From contig CBDCXV010000011.1 in the NCBI GenBank assembly GCA_965223905.1, positions 1,856,001-1,920,000 on the forward strand: 64,000 nt of DNA, given 5' to 3'. A program made the translations under genes and the position numbers. Under the pieces are notes generated by a model. The model was not told the DNA's origin, ran no database searches, and saw nothing but the letters and a program-made list of their open reading frames with translations. Of this stretch, positions 29,213 through 38,206 are shown piece after piece (within the stretch, counting starts at the first letter, position 1; the number at the start of each line of letters is the position of its first letter). This DNA comes from Candidatus Latescibacterota bacterium. GTDB taxonomy: Bacteria > Latescibacterota > UBA2968 > UBA8231.

Positions 29213-30138
29213 TGGTTCTGGTTGGCCGCCGCGGTTGCGGGCTCGCCGCGCCCGGCTGCCGGGAAGAACCGCAGCTCCGGCACGCGCTCGATCTGTCCGT
29301 GCAGGTGGGCAAGCCGGAAGAACTCGCGCACCCCGGAAAGCTCCGCCTCCCCGAGATCGTAGGAGACGTGCTCGCGCAGGTAGCGCTCGTAGAGCTCGAC
29401 GGAGCCGGCGCGCTCGCGCTGGAACTGGCGCGCAATGCGCGGGATGTCCGCTTCCCCCTGCCGGCGCGCTTCGACGAGGCGGCGCGCCTGCAGCGGATCG
29501 AGAGCCCCTTCCCTGCCGGCCCAGCAGGCGAACACGAAGGGAAGCCCCGTCAGGTCGGCCCACTCGCGGCCGAGATCGAGACTCTGGCGCAGGGTCGGGC
29601 TGTTCCCCCTGCCCGCCGGAGATGCCCCCTCCAGTGCCGAGGCGCCGAACAGCGGCAGCACCGGATCGCCGATCAGCAGCGCGGCGTCGGCCCGATGGAG
29701 CATTTCGTCGAGGTCGGGGGCGGCGTGCTCGAACGCCGGGTGCAGGCCGTACTTCTCCGCCAGCAGGATGCGCAGCAGGGCGACGGAGGTCTGCGAGCTG
29801 GCATCGACGGCGACGGTGCGGACGCCTCCGAGATCGCCGCGGAAGAACAGGCGCACCGTCAGCACCTCGCCCCGGCAGCCGACGGCGACGCCGGGCACCA
29901 GCGCGTACGCTACCGGGCTGAGGGCGTACTCGATGATCGGCACCAGCCCGAGGTCGATGCGGCCGGCGCGCAGGTCGCGGGAGCAGGCCGAGGGCAGGTC
30001 GTACACGAGGGAGAACGGGCCCTCGTGAAGGCAGTCCTCGAGGGCCGCGGTCAGCGGCCTCGAGTTGAGGAAGCTCACCGCCCCGAGGCGCACGGGCGGC
30101 CGCTGCGGGGACTGGCTTTGCAGGGGGGGCGGGGGCAT
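29209..30138 (-). CDS. mqnA: Chorismate dehydratase MqnA
   Basis: AVSFLNSRPL, SQTSVAL, ALLIGD and DLGREWADLTGLPFVFACW motifs. Confidence 0.9.
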   Translation of the reverse strand: MPPPPLQSQSPQRPPVRLGAVSFLNSRPLTAALEDCLHEGPFSLVYDLPSACSRDLRAGRIDLGLVPIIEYALSPVAYALVPGVAVGCRGEVLTVRLFFRGDLGGVRTVAVDASSQTSVALLRILLAEKYGLHPAFEHAAPDLDEMLHRADAALLIGDPVLPLFGASALEGASPAGRGNSPTLRQSLDLGREWADLTGLPFVFACWAGREGALDPLQARRLVEARRQGEADIPRIARQFQRERAGSVELYERYLREHVSYDLGEAELSGVREFFRLAHLHGQIERVPELRFFPAAGRGEPATAAANQNQ

Positions 30139-30268
30139 GGCAGTCAACAGGCGCCGGCGGCGGAGTCCCCGGGGCAGGGTCGTAGCGGGGGGGCGCCGCG
30201 GTAATGGCCGGGACGCCTCGCGACCTGGGTACCCGGGCGGGCTCCCGGGGCCGCGGGCGAGCGCCGGC

Positions 30269-31429
30269 TCATGAAGCCGCGGCGACCGGCTCTCCGGCAC
30301 CGACCGCTGCCGGCGGCACCGCGGGGGTGGCGACGAACTCGTAGCGGGTGTTGCGCCGTTGCGGCCGGTACCCGGCGTCGCGGATCAGCCGCTCCATGGC
30401 CGGCAGGTCCATCTCGTTGGTGTGACTCGTGCCCGCGGCGCTGACGACGTTCTCCTCGAGCATGGTGCTGCCGAAATCGTTTACGCCGTAGCGCAGGCTG
30501 ACCTGGGCGATCTTGGGACCCTGCGTAACCCACGAGGCCTGGAGGTTGTCGACGTTGTCGAGGAACAGGCGCGCCACGGCCACCGTCCGCAGGTGGTCGT
30601 ACCCGGTCGCCCTGACCCCGTCCCAGCGCCCCGGGTCGGCGCCGAGCGCCGTCTCGTCCGGCTGGAAGCTCCAGGAAATGAAGGCGGTGAATCCCCCGGT
30701 CTCGTCCTGCAGGTCGCGGATCCGCTGCAGGTGCCCGACGCGGTGCTCGACCGTCTCGACGTGACCGTACATCATCGTCGCAGTGGTGCGCATGCCGAGG
30801 CGGTGAGCGATCCGGTGCACCTCGAGCCACTCGTCGCTGCGGTCCTTGCGGAAGCCGATGACGTCGCGCACCCCGTCGTCGAGAATCTCGGCCCCGGCCC
30901 CCGGAATCGAGTCGAGGCCGGCGGCCCGCAGCCGGGAAATCGTCTCTTCGAGGGAGAGCCGCGAAATGTGGGCGATGTAGATGATCTCCGTCGCCGACAG
31001 GCAGTGGAGCTGCACCATCGGGTAGCGGTCGCGGATCCCGGAGAGCAGCTCCTCGTAGTAGGCGAGCTTCAGCCTGGGGTTGAGGCCCCCCTGCATCAGG
31101 ACCTCGCAGGACTTCGGTTCGGTTCCGCCGAAGGCGACGAGCTCGTCGATCTTGGCGTGGATCTGCCCGTTCGGCAGCACGTACCCGTCGGACCCCGGGG
31201 GGCGGTAGAAGGCGCAGAAGTCGCAGCGGACCCAGCAGACGTTGGTGTAGTTGATGTTGCGGCCGACGTTGTAGGTGACGACGGGCTCGGGGTGCTTCCG
31301 CACCCTGATCTGGTTCGCCAGGATGCCGAGCTCGGCGAGGTCGGGGTGGGCGAACAGGCGCAGGGCGTCCTCCGTACCCAGGCGCTCCCCCGAGGAGAGT
31401 TTGCCGGCAATGTCGGCTATCGCGCTCAC
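30269..31429 (-). CDS. mqnC: Cyclic dehypoxanthine futalosine synthase MqnC (radical SAM)
   Basis: RNINYTNVCWVRCDFCAFYR, IPGAGAEIL, QASWVTQG and DFGSTMLEENVV motifs. Confidence 0.92.
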   Translation of the reverse strand: MSAIADIAGKLSSGERLGTEDALRLFAHPDLAELGILANQIRVRKHPEPVVTYNVGRNINYTNVCWVRCDFCAFYRPPGSDGYVLPNGQIHAKIDELVAFGGTEPKSCEVLMQGGLNPRLKLAYYEELLSGIRDRYPMVQLHCLSATEIIYIAHISRLSLEETISRLRAAGLDSIPGAGAEILDDGVRDVIGFRKDRSDEWLEVHRIAHRLGMRTTATMMYGHVETVEHRVGHLQRIRDLQDETGGFTAFISWSFQPDETALGADPGRWDGVRATGYDHLRTVAVARLFLDNVDNLQASWVTQGPKIAQVSLRYGVNDFGSTMLEENVVSAAGTSHTNEMDLPAMERLIRDAGYRPQRRNTRYEFVATPAVPPAAVGAGEPVAAAS

Positions 31430-31434
31430 CCGGA

Positions 31435-32559
31435 TTACCCGGCCGCCTCGAGGGTCCCTTGCGCGCGCCCGACGACGTTGTAGAGGCTGTCCCTTTCCAC
31501 CGGCTCGCGCCCGGCCTCGACGATGCGGTCGAGCAGCTCATCCCGGGACAGGCGCTGCCGCGTCTCCTCGAAGCTGCGCCGCGTGATCTCGTAGTCCATC
31601 ACCGTGCCGTCGATGTCGTTGGCGCCGTACCACAGGGCGACCTGCGAGATCTCGATCGTGTTCATGATCCAGAAAGTCTTGATGTGCGGGAAGTTGTCGA
31701 GCATGAGGCGCCCGACGGCGATCTCCTTGAGATCGAGAGCCCCGGAGGGTCCGGGCAGATGGTCGATGGCGGTGCGCTCCGGGTGGAAGGAGAGCGGGAT
31801 GTAGGCGAGGAAGCCGCCTGTCTCCTCCTGGAGATCGCGCAGACGCGCCAGGTGGTAGACCTTCTCCCCTGTGTTCTCGACGTGGCCGTAGAGCATGGTG
31901 GCGTTGGTCGGCAACCCGGCCCGGTGGGCGGCCGCGGCGATGCGCAGCCAGTCCTCGCTGTCGGACTTGGTCCAGAAGAGGTCCTCCTGGACGCGGTCGC
32001 TGAAGACCTCGGCGCCGCCTCCCGGTATCGACTCCAGCCCGGCCTCCTTCAGGTCGGCGAGCACCTCTTCGAGGGGGCGCCTGGCGATGCGCTGGATCTG
32101 GGCCAGCTCGATCATCGTGAAGGCCTTGAGGTGCGCCTGGGGCCTCGCCTCCTTCATCGCCCGCAGCAAATCGAGGTAGTACTCGTAGGGCAGCCTGGGA
32201 TTGACCCCGCCGACCATGTGGATCTCGGTGATCGGGGCATCGGCGTACTCCCGCACCCGCGCCGCGGCCTGCTGCGGCTGCAGGACGTAGCCGCGCTCGT
32301 CCTTCGGGGTGACGTAGAAGGAGCAGAACTTGCACAGCTTGTTGCAGATGTTGGTGTAATTGACGTGCTGGTTGCGAACGTAGTAGGTCGCGTCTCCGTG
32401 CAGGCGCTCGCGCACGATGTTGGCGAGCCAGGCGAGGACGGGAAGGTCGTCGCAGGCGTACAGGGTCACGCCGTCGTCGAAGGTCAGGCGCTCACCCCCG
32501 GCGACCTTGCGGTGGATTCCGGCCAGTCCGGCGGTCGCGACTGCTGCCTCGAAGCTCAA
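31435..32559 (-). CDS. mqnE: Aminodeoxyfutalosine synthase MqnE (radical SAM)
   Basis: NYTNICNKLCKFCSF, PGGGAEVF, NATMLYGH, HIKTFW and DIDGT motifs. Confidence 0.9.
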   Translation of the reverse strand: MSFEAAVATAGLAGIHRKVAGGERLTFDDGVTLYACDDLPVLAWLANIVRERLHGDATYYVRNQHVNYTNICNKLCKFCSFYVTPKDERGYVLQPQQAAARVREYADAPITEIHMVGGVNPRLPYEYYLDLLRAMKEARPQAHLKAFTMIELAQIQRIARRPLEEVLADLKEAGLESIPGGGAEVFSDRVQEDLFWTKSDSEDWLRIAAAAHRAGLPTNATMLYGHVENTGEKVYHLARLRDLQEETGGFLAYIPLSFHPERTAIDHLPGPSGALDLKEIAVGRLMLDNFPHIKTFWIMNTIEISQVALWYGANDIDGTVMDYEITRRSFEETRQRLSRDELLDRIVEAGREPVERDSLYNVVGRAQGTLEAAG

Positions 32560-32660
32560 AATCGGTCTGTCTGTGGGGAGTGAGGGCGGGGAGAGCTTCC
32601 GCCGCGGTTCGAAGTGGTGTCGGCAGCGGATCGCCTGGCGGCGTCCGCAACCATCGCAAA

Positions 32661-32689
32661 AGTATATCCCCGGGGAGGGGGTGGGTCAA
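32661..32689 (-). promoter_or_regulatory. Sigma70 promoter upstream of mqnE
   Basis: TTGACC-N17-TATACT on the minus strand. Confidence 0.6.
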
Positions 32690-33450
32690 TCGGATTTGCG
32701 GCCCTGGTAAACGGCGCAGATACCCAGGGTCAGGGCGGTCGCCTTCGTGTCGGTGAACCCGGCCGCTTCCATCTCTTCGAGGAACCCCTTCCCCTGCGGA
32801 AAGCTGCCGACCGAGCGCGGCAGGTAGGAGTAGGCCTCCCTGTTGCCGGAGATCAGCCCGCCGACGAGCGGCAGCACCCGGTGGAAGTAGAAGCCGTAGA
32901 GCTGGCGAAATCCCGGCAGGGTCGGTTCGGTGAACTCGAGCACGATCACCTCGCCTCCGGGCCGCAGAACGCGCTCCGCCTCGGCGAGGCCGGCGCCGAG
33001 GCTGCCGAAGTTGCGCGCCCCGAAGGCGACGGTGACAAGGTCGAAGCAGCGGTCGCGGAAGGGCAGCATCTCCGCGTCCCCCGCCATCAGGACGGGGCCC
33101 GCGGCGCCAGCCCCACCGAGCTTCGTTCGGGCGATGCGGACCATGTCGATGGCTACGTCCACCCCGACGACGCGCCCCGGAGCGAGGCGCCCGGCGGCGC
33201 GCGCGAAATCCCCGGTGCCGGTGGCGAGGTCGAGGACGCGGGCGGGGCCGCGGCGTCGCACCGAGGCCAGTGCCCGGCGGCGCCAGTACAGGTCGACGCC
33301 ACCGCTCAGCAGGTGGTTGAGCAGATCGTAGCGCCCGGCAATGGCGTTGAACATCTGCTGAATTCGCCGCTTGCGAGCCCGTACCAATTCCGTATCGTCA
33401 GCCACGACCGCCCCGTTGAACGTGTTGAACCTCATAGAGCCGCGCGGCAA
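32686..33450 (-). CDS. menG: Demethylmenaquinone methyltransferase (UbiE/MenG)
   Basis: MFNAIAGRYDLLNHLLS, LDLATGTGD, AFGARN and AYSYLPRSV motifs; start uncertain. Confidence 0.92.
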   Translation of the reverse strand: MPRGSMRFNTFNGAVVADDTELVRARKRRIQQMFNAIAGRYDLLNHLLSGGVDLYWRRRALASVRRRGPARVLDLATGTGDFARAAGRLAPGRVVGVDVAIDMVRIARTKLGGAGAAGPVLMAGDAEMLPFRDRCFDLVTVAFGARNFGSLGAGLAEAERVLRPGGEVIVLEFTEPTLPGFRQLYGFYFHRVLPLVGGLISGNREAYSYLPRSVGSFPQGKGFLEEMEAAGFTDTKATALTLGICAVYQGRKSD

Positions 33451-33477
33451 CCCTATCCCGCGGCTAAAGGCCTGTCA

Positions 33478-34266
33478 ATGAACCAAAGCAGTGGGCAAGA
33501 GCCCGGCGAGGGACGCAGCGAGCGGGAGATCCTGCTCGGCGACCGGATGGCGGCCCTCGGCCGGCTCGCCGCCTCGGTCGCCCACGAGGTCCGCAACCCC
33601 CTCGGCGCCATCGACATCCAGCTGCAGCTGCTGCAGGAGGAGCTGCGGGCCGGAGGCGGCACCGCCGAACGCGCCGGCGAGCGCCTCGACACGGCGCGTG
33701 CCGAGCTGCGGCGGCTCGACAGGATCGTGCAGAACTTCCTGCGCTTCTCGCGCCCGCCGGCGCTGCTCCTCGCCCGGGTATCGCTCGCCGAGTTGCTGGC
33801 GCGGCTCCGCGAGCTGATCGAGCCGGAAGCGCGCGAGCGCGGAATCGCCCTGGGGCTGCGCCTCGACGAGAGGGGGGAGGACGCGGTCATAGACGCCGAC
33901 GAGAACCTGCTGAGCCAGGCGTTCCTCAACCTCCTGATCAACGCCCTGCAGGCCTGCGACGGCACCGACGGGGAGCGCCGCGGCAGCCCCGCGGGGGTCG
34001 AGATCGGCCTGCGCGTCCCCGACGACCGCAACGCCCTGGTGACCATCGGCGACCGCGGTTGCGGCATACCGCGAGGGGATCTGGAGAGGATCTTCGAGTA
34101 CTACTATACTACGAAGGACACGGGCACCGGACTGGGGCTCTCCATCGCCCAACGGATCGTCGACCAGCACCAGGGCAGCCTCGAAGTGGAGAGCGAGGAG
34201 GGAGCGGGAACCACGGTGTCCGTACGACTTCCCCTCGCGGTTCCAGCGGAAAAACCACTCGGATGA
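33478..34266 (+). CDS. NtrB-like histidine kinase lacking a sensor domain
   Basis: AHEVRNPL H-box about 35 aa from the start; NLLINALQA, DRGCGI and GTGLGL boxes. Confidence 0.88.
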   Translation: MNQSSGQEPGEGRSEREILLGDRMAALGRLAASVAHEVRNPLGAIDIQLQLLQEELRAGGGTAERAGERLDTARAELRRLDRIVQNFLRFSRPPALLLARVSLAELLARLRELIEPEARERGIALGLRLDERGEDAVIDADENLLSQAFLNLLINALQACDGTDGERRGSPAGVEIGLRVPDDRNALVTIGDRGCGIPRGDLERIFEYYYTTKDTGTGLGLSIAQRIVDQHQGSLEVESEEGAGTTVSVRLPLAVPAEKPLG

Positions 34267-35654
34267 AAGACCACGGCAGCTCGCGGGCGCGCCTCCTCAT
34301 CGCCGATGACGAGGTCTTCATCCGCGAGGGGCTGCAGGACGCCCTGCGGGAGCCGGGCCTCGACCTCCAGACCGCCGCGGACGGCCGCGAGGTGCGCCGC
34401 CGGCTGCGCAAGGGGGCCTTCGACGTCATCCTCCTCGACCTGCGCATGCCGGGGGTCTCCGGCATGGACCTGCTCGAGGAAATCCGCGAGCGACACCCGG
34501 AATCGAACGTCGTCATCCTCACCGCGCACGGCAGCGTCAACACCGCGGTCGAGGCGATGAAGAAGGGGGCCTTCGATTTCGTCACCAAGCCGGTCGACCT
34601 CACCCACGTCCGCCTCATCGTCAACCGCGCCCTCGACCGCGTCCGGCTCGTGCGCGAGAACCGCGAGCTGCACGACCGCCTCGGGCGCGGCGACAGCGAC
34701 GACCCCTTCCGGCGCATCGTGCGCCGCAGCGCCTCCATGCAGCAGGCGACGCGCACCGTCAAGCAGGTGGCCATGTCCGACGTCCCGGTGCTGCTCCGGG
34801 GTGAGACCGGGGCGGGCAAGGAGCTGATCGCGCGCACGATCCACGAGCGCAGCCGCCGGCGCGAGGGGCCGTTCGTTGCCGTCAACTGCGGCGGCTTCAC
34901 CCAGGACCTGTTCGGCAGCGAGCTGTTCGGGCACAAACGCGGGGCCTTCACGGGGGCCCACGTCGACCGGCCGGGCCGCTTCGCCGTGGCCGAGAAGGGC
35001 ACCCTGTTCCTCGACGAAGTCGGCGAGATCCCGCTGAAGAACCAGGTCGAGCTGCTGCGCGCCCTCGAGAACCGCGAGTTCCAGCCGCTCGGCGACACCA
35101 AGGTCCACAAGGCGGACGTGCGCGTCATCGCCGCCACCAACCGCCACCTCGAAACCGCGGTCAGCGAGGGCGAATTCCGCGAGGATCTCTTCTACCGCCT
35201 CAACGTCGTGCCGATCGACGTCCCCCCTCTCAGGGAGCGGCGCGAGGACATCCCGCTGCTCGTCGAGACCTTCTTCGACGAGGTCTGCCGGGCCTACGAT
35301 CAGCCCCGCAAGAAAGCCGGCAAGGAGGCTGTCGATCTCTTCGTCTCCTACCACTGGCCGGGAAACGTGCGCGAGCTGCGCAACGTCATACAGCGGCTGG
35401 TGATAACCTGCCCCGAGACCATTATCGAGCCGCAGCACCTGCGCGAGGCACTGGGCGAGGCCGCGGTCGACCAGCCAGGCCCCGGAATGGGGGAATTCAC
35501 CATCTCCCTCGGCTCCTCCATCGAGGACGTCGAAGCGGAGCTGATCCGGCAGACGCTGCAGCGGGTAACCTCCAACCGCCGCGAGGCCGCGGCGGTGCTG
35601 GGAATCAGCGTGCGCTCCCTGCAGTACAAACTCAAGCAGTACAAGCTGACCTGA
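34263..35654 (+). CDS. NtrC/AtoC-family sigma54-dependent response regulator
   Basis: Receiver domain (ADDE, LDLRMP), GETGAGKE, ELFGHKRGAFTGA, WPGNVREL and C-terminal Fis-type HTH. Confidence 0.95.
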   Translation: MKDHGSSRARLLIADDEVFIREGLQDALREPGLDLQTAADGREVRRRLRKGAFDVILLDLRMPGVSGMDLLEEIRERHPESNVVILTAHGSVNTAVEAMKKGAFDFVTKPVDLTHVRLIVNRALDRVRLVRENRELHDRLGRGDSDDPFRRIVRRSASMQQATRTVKQVAMSDVPVLLRGETGAGKELIARTIHERSRRREGPFVAVNCGGFTQDLFGSELFGHKRGAFTGAHVDRPGRFAVAEKGTLFLDEVGEIPLKNQVELLRALENREFQPLGDTKVHKADVRVIAATNRHLETAVSEGEFREDLFYRLNVVPIDVPPLRERREDIPLLVETFFDEVCRAYDQPRKKAGKEAVDLFVSYHWPGNVRELRNVIQRLVITCPETIIEPQHLREALGEAAVDQPGPGMGEFTISLGSSIEDVEAELIRQTLQRVTSNRREAAAVLGISVRSLQYKLKQYKLT

Positions 35655-35790
35655 TCCTCCGCCTGAATGCAATTCTTGCACCAAACTCACCCTGCCGGGT
35701 GCGCCAACGCAGAGACAGGGTCGAGGGCACCTTCCGGTAATTCGCGTAACACAAGGAAAAACAGCAAGTAAACAGTACTTTTTTCCCCCG

Positions 35791-35806
35791 TGGCACCGAG
35801 TTTGCA
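35791..35806 (+). promoter_or_regulatory. Sigma54 (-24/-12) promoter
   Basis: TGGCAC-CGAGT-TTGCA; upstream palindrome TGCAATTCTTGCA (35668-35680) is a candidate enhancer. Confidence 0.75.
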
Positions 35807-36027
35807 GCGTCCTTTCCCGGCCGGGAGATCATGCGGGCCGCTGCCGAACCAGGATCCGGAAACGACGGGCGGTCGGCCCGCCAGGCCATTGAATCCCACC
35901 GCGCCGGTTCGTTCAGCGACCAGCCCGCGGCAGCAGACCCGGAATATTCCCGATACTGCGCAAATAATGCAGCCCTTCATCGCCTGCGGCCTGATCTCCG
36001 CAGAGCCATAATAAACAACCGGTTACG

Positions 36028-36639
36028 ATGATTTTCCGCGACGCCCTGGACAGCGACGCAGATTTTGCAGCAGACAGCCCTTCGGGGACCGTCACCGCCA
36101 TGCCCGGACTGCTCCAAAAGACCATGATGGTCCCCCACCTCCGCTCCGACTCCAAGATCGGCGCCATCAAACAGCTCGTCGACCGACTCTACCGCGGCGG
36201 GCTGCTCAACGACAGCCTCAGCTTCCTGCAGGCGCTTCTCGAACGGGAGAACCTCGGCAGCACGGTGATCGGAGGCACCATCGCCCTGCCCCATGCCCGC
36301 GCCCGCAGCGTCACCGGCCTGGGGATGGCGCTGGGTGTGTGCGAGGAGCCGATCTACTATCCGAGCGGCGACGACCTCTGCGCGGTGCGGGCGGTCTGCG
36401 TGATCGCCGTGCCGATGGACTCCCCAAGCCAGTATCTCGGCCTGCTCTCCCACCTCGCCGGGGCTTTCGGCGACGGCGACTTCGTGCACCGCCTTCTCGC
36501 AGCCCCCTCGGCGCAGGGGATGAGCGAGTTGATGTCGGCCCGGTTGCGCGTTGCCGGAGAGAGGACGGCGGCCAACGTCGGAGAACGCCTCCCCGCAGGT
36601 GCCGCCCTGGCGGGGGCGAACCCGGGAGCCGGCGAATAG
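36028..36639 (+). CDS. PTS EIIA (PtsN/fructose-type EIIA domain) protein
   Basis: LLERENLGSTVIGGTIALPHAR with the phospho-His; start may be 36100. Confidence 0.85.
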   Translation: MIFRDALDSDADFAADSPSGTVTAMPGLLQKTMMVPHLRSDSKIGAIKQLVDRLYRGGLLNDSLSFLQALLERENLGSTVIGGTIALPHARARSVTGLGMALGVCEEPIYYPSGDDLCAVRAVCVIAVPMDSPSQYLGLLSHLAGAFGDGDFVHRLLAAPSAQGMSELMSARLRVAGERTAANVGERLPAGAALAGANPGAGE

Positions 36640-37491
36640 ATGGCCTACTCGGAAGGATTCAGGGAAGAGGAGGGCTCGCTGCGCCTCTATTTCGAGGACC
36701 TCAGCGATTCGACCCCGCTGACGCGGGAACGGGAGGTCGAGCTCTCGGAGCGGATAAAGGCGGGCGACCTCCAGGCCCGGAACGAGCTGGTCCAGGCGAA
36801 TCTCCGCTTCGTCATCGACGTCGCCAAGCAGTATCAGAACCGCGGCCTCGGGTTGTCCGACCTGATCAGCGCCGGCAACCTCGGCCTGATGAAGGCCGCG
36901 GAGCGTTTCGACGGCGAGCGCGGCTTCAAGTTCATCTCCTACGCCGTCTGGTGGATCAGGCAGTCGATCCTGCAGACGATCGCCGACCACGGCCGCACCG
37001 TGCGCCTGCCGCTCAACAAGCTCGCACTGCTCAAGAACATCGGTAAAGCGTCCATGCGGCTCGGCGAGGGCCGCGATTCCGAGCCGCACATCGAGGAGAT
37101 CGCCCAAGAGCTCGAGCTGCCGGAGGAAGAGGTGCTCGACGCGATCATGAGCGCCCGCAGCGTGCGCTCGCTGGACGAGAGCTTCGAAGAGGACGGGGAG
37201 CGCGGCCTCCTGAGCGTCCTCGTCGACGAGAACCAGGTCTCCCCTGACTCCGACCTGATGGAGGACTCGTCGCGCAGCCGGATAGAGGAGATCCTCGCCA
37301 GCCTCGACGAGCGCGAGCTGCTCATCATCCGGCTCTACTACGGGTTCGGGGGAAACGAAAGGATGAGCCTGGAGAAGATCGGCGGGCGCTTGAACCTGAC
37401 CAGGGAGCGGGTCCGGCAGCTCAAGGAACGCGCCCTGAACAAGCTGCGGCATCCCAGCCGCTGCAACGCGTTGATGGCGGTCTGCGACTGA
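36640..37491 (+). CDS. RpoD/RpoS-family sigma70 factor lacking region 1.1
   Basis: ANLRFVIDVAKQY, GFKFISYAVWWIRQSI and LTRERVRQLKERAL motifs. Confidence 0.93.
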   Translation: MAYSEGFREEEGSLRLYFEDLSDSTPLTREREVELSERIKAGDLQARNELVQANLRFVIDVAKQYQNRGLGLSDLISAGNLGLMKAAERFDGERGFKFISYAVWWIRQSILQTIADHGRTVRLPLNKLALLKNIGKASMRLGEGRDSEPHIEEIAQELELPEEEVLDAIMSARSVRSLDESFEEDGERGLLSVLVDENQVSPDSDLMEDSSRSRIEEILASLDERELLIIRLYYGFGGNERMSLEKIGGRLNLTRERVRQLKERALNKLRHPSRCNALMAVCD

Positions 37492-37532
37492 TCGCCGACT
37501 CCCGGCATAGCGCCCCGGGTCGCCGCGGCGAC

Positions 37533-37568
37533 AACGAGCCGGAATCCCGGATCCCGGCTCGTTTTTTT
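37533..37568 (+). terminator. Intrinsic terminator after the sigma factor
   Basis: AACGAGCCGG...CCGGCTCGTT hairpin with a T-run. Confidence 0.7.
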
Positions 37569-37597
37569 GGTCCCGGGGGCAGACCCCGGCAGGTGAC

Positions 37598-38167
37598 ATG
37601 AACGGAACAACCCGGAACATCTGTGTGTACTGCGGCTCGAAGTTCGGCCGCGGAGAGGAGTACCGCCGCGAAGCCGTGGAGATGGGCAGCGCCATCGCCC
37701 GCCTGGGGATGGGGCTGGTGTACGGCGGAGGAGACGTCGGGCTGATGGGGGTCGTCGCCGGGGCCGCTCTCGCCGCCGGGGGCCGCGTCGTCGGGGTGAT
37801 CCCCCGCGCCCTGCAGGAGCAGGAGCTCGCCCACGGAAAGCTGCACGAGTTGATCGTCGCCGGGGACATGCACGAGCGCAAGGCGCAGATGGCAACCCGC
37901 GCCGACGCCTTCGCGGCGTTGCCGGGCGCCTACGGCACACTGGAGGAGCTGTTCGAGGTCCTCGCCTGGTCGCAGCTCGGTTTCCACGCCAAGCCGGTGG
38001 GCCTGCTCAACACGGGAGGCTACTTCGACCACCTGATCGCCTTCCTCGACGAGGCGGTCGAACGGCAGTTCCTCAGCCCCGGGAACCGGTCGCTGCTGCG
38101 CGTCGAGACCGACCCGGTTGCCCTCGTCCGGGGGCTCGCGGCGGATGTCGACGCCGGGACCGGGTGA
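37598..38167 (+). CDS. LOG family nucleotide phosphoribohydrolase
   Basis: CVYCGS, LVYGGG..GLMG, MHERK and LPGAYGTLEE (PGGxGTxxE-like) motifs. Confidence 0.92.
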   Translation: MNGTTRNICVYCGSKFGRGEEYRREAVEMGSAIARLGMGLVYGGGDVGLMGVVAGAALAAGGRVVGVIPRALQEQELAHGKLHELIVAGDMHERKAQMATRADAFAALPGAYGTLEELFEVLAWSQLGFHAKPVGLLNTGGYFDHLIAFLDEAVERQFLSPGNRSLLRVETDPVALVRGLAADVDAGTG

Positions 38168-38206
38168 GGATTCCTGTTTAGGTTTTTCCCGGGGCGGGAG
38201 GCGGAG

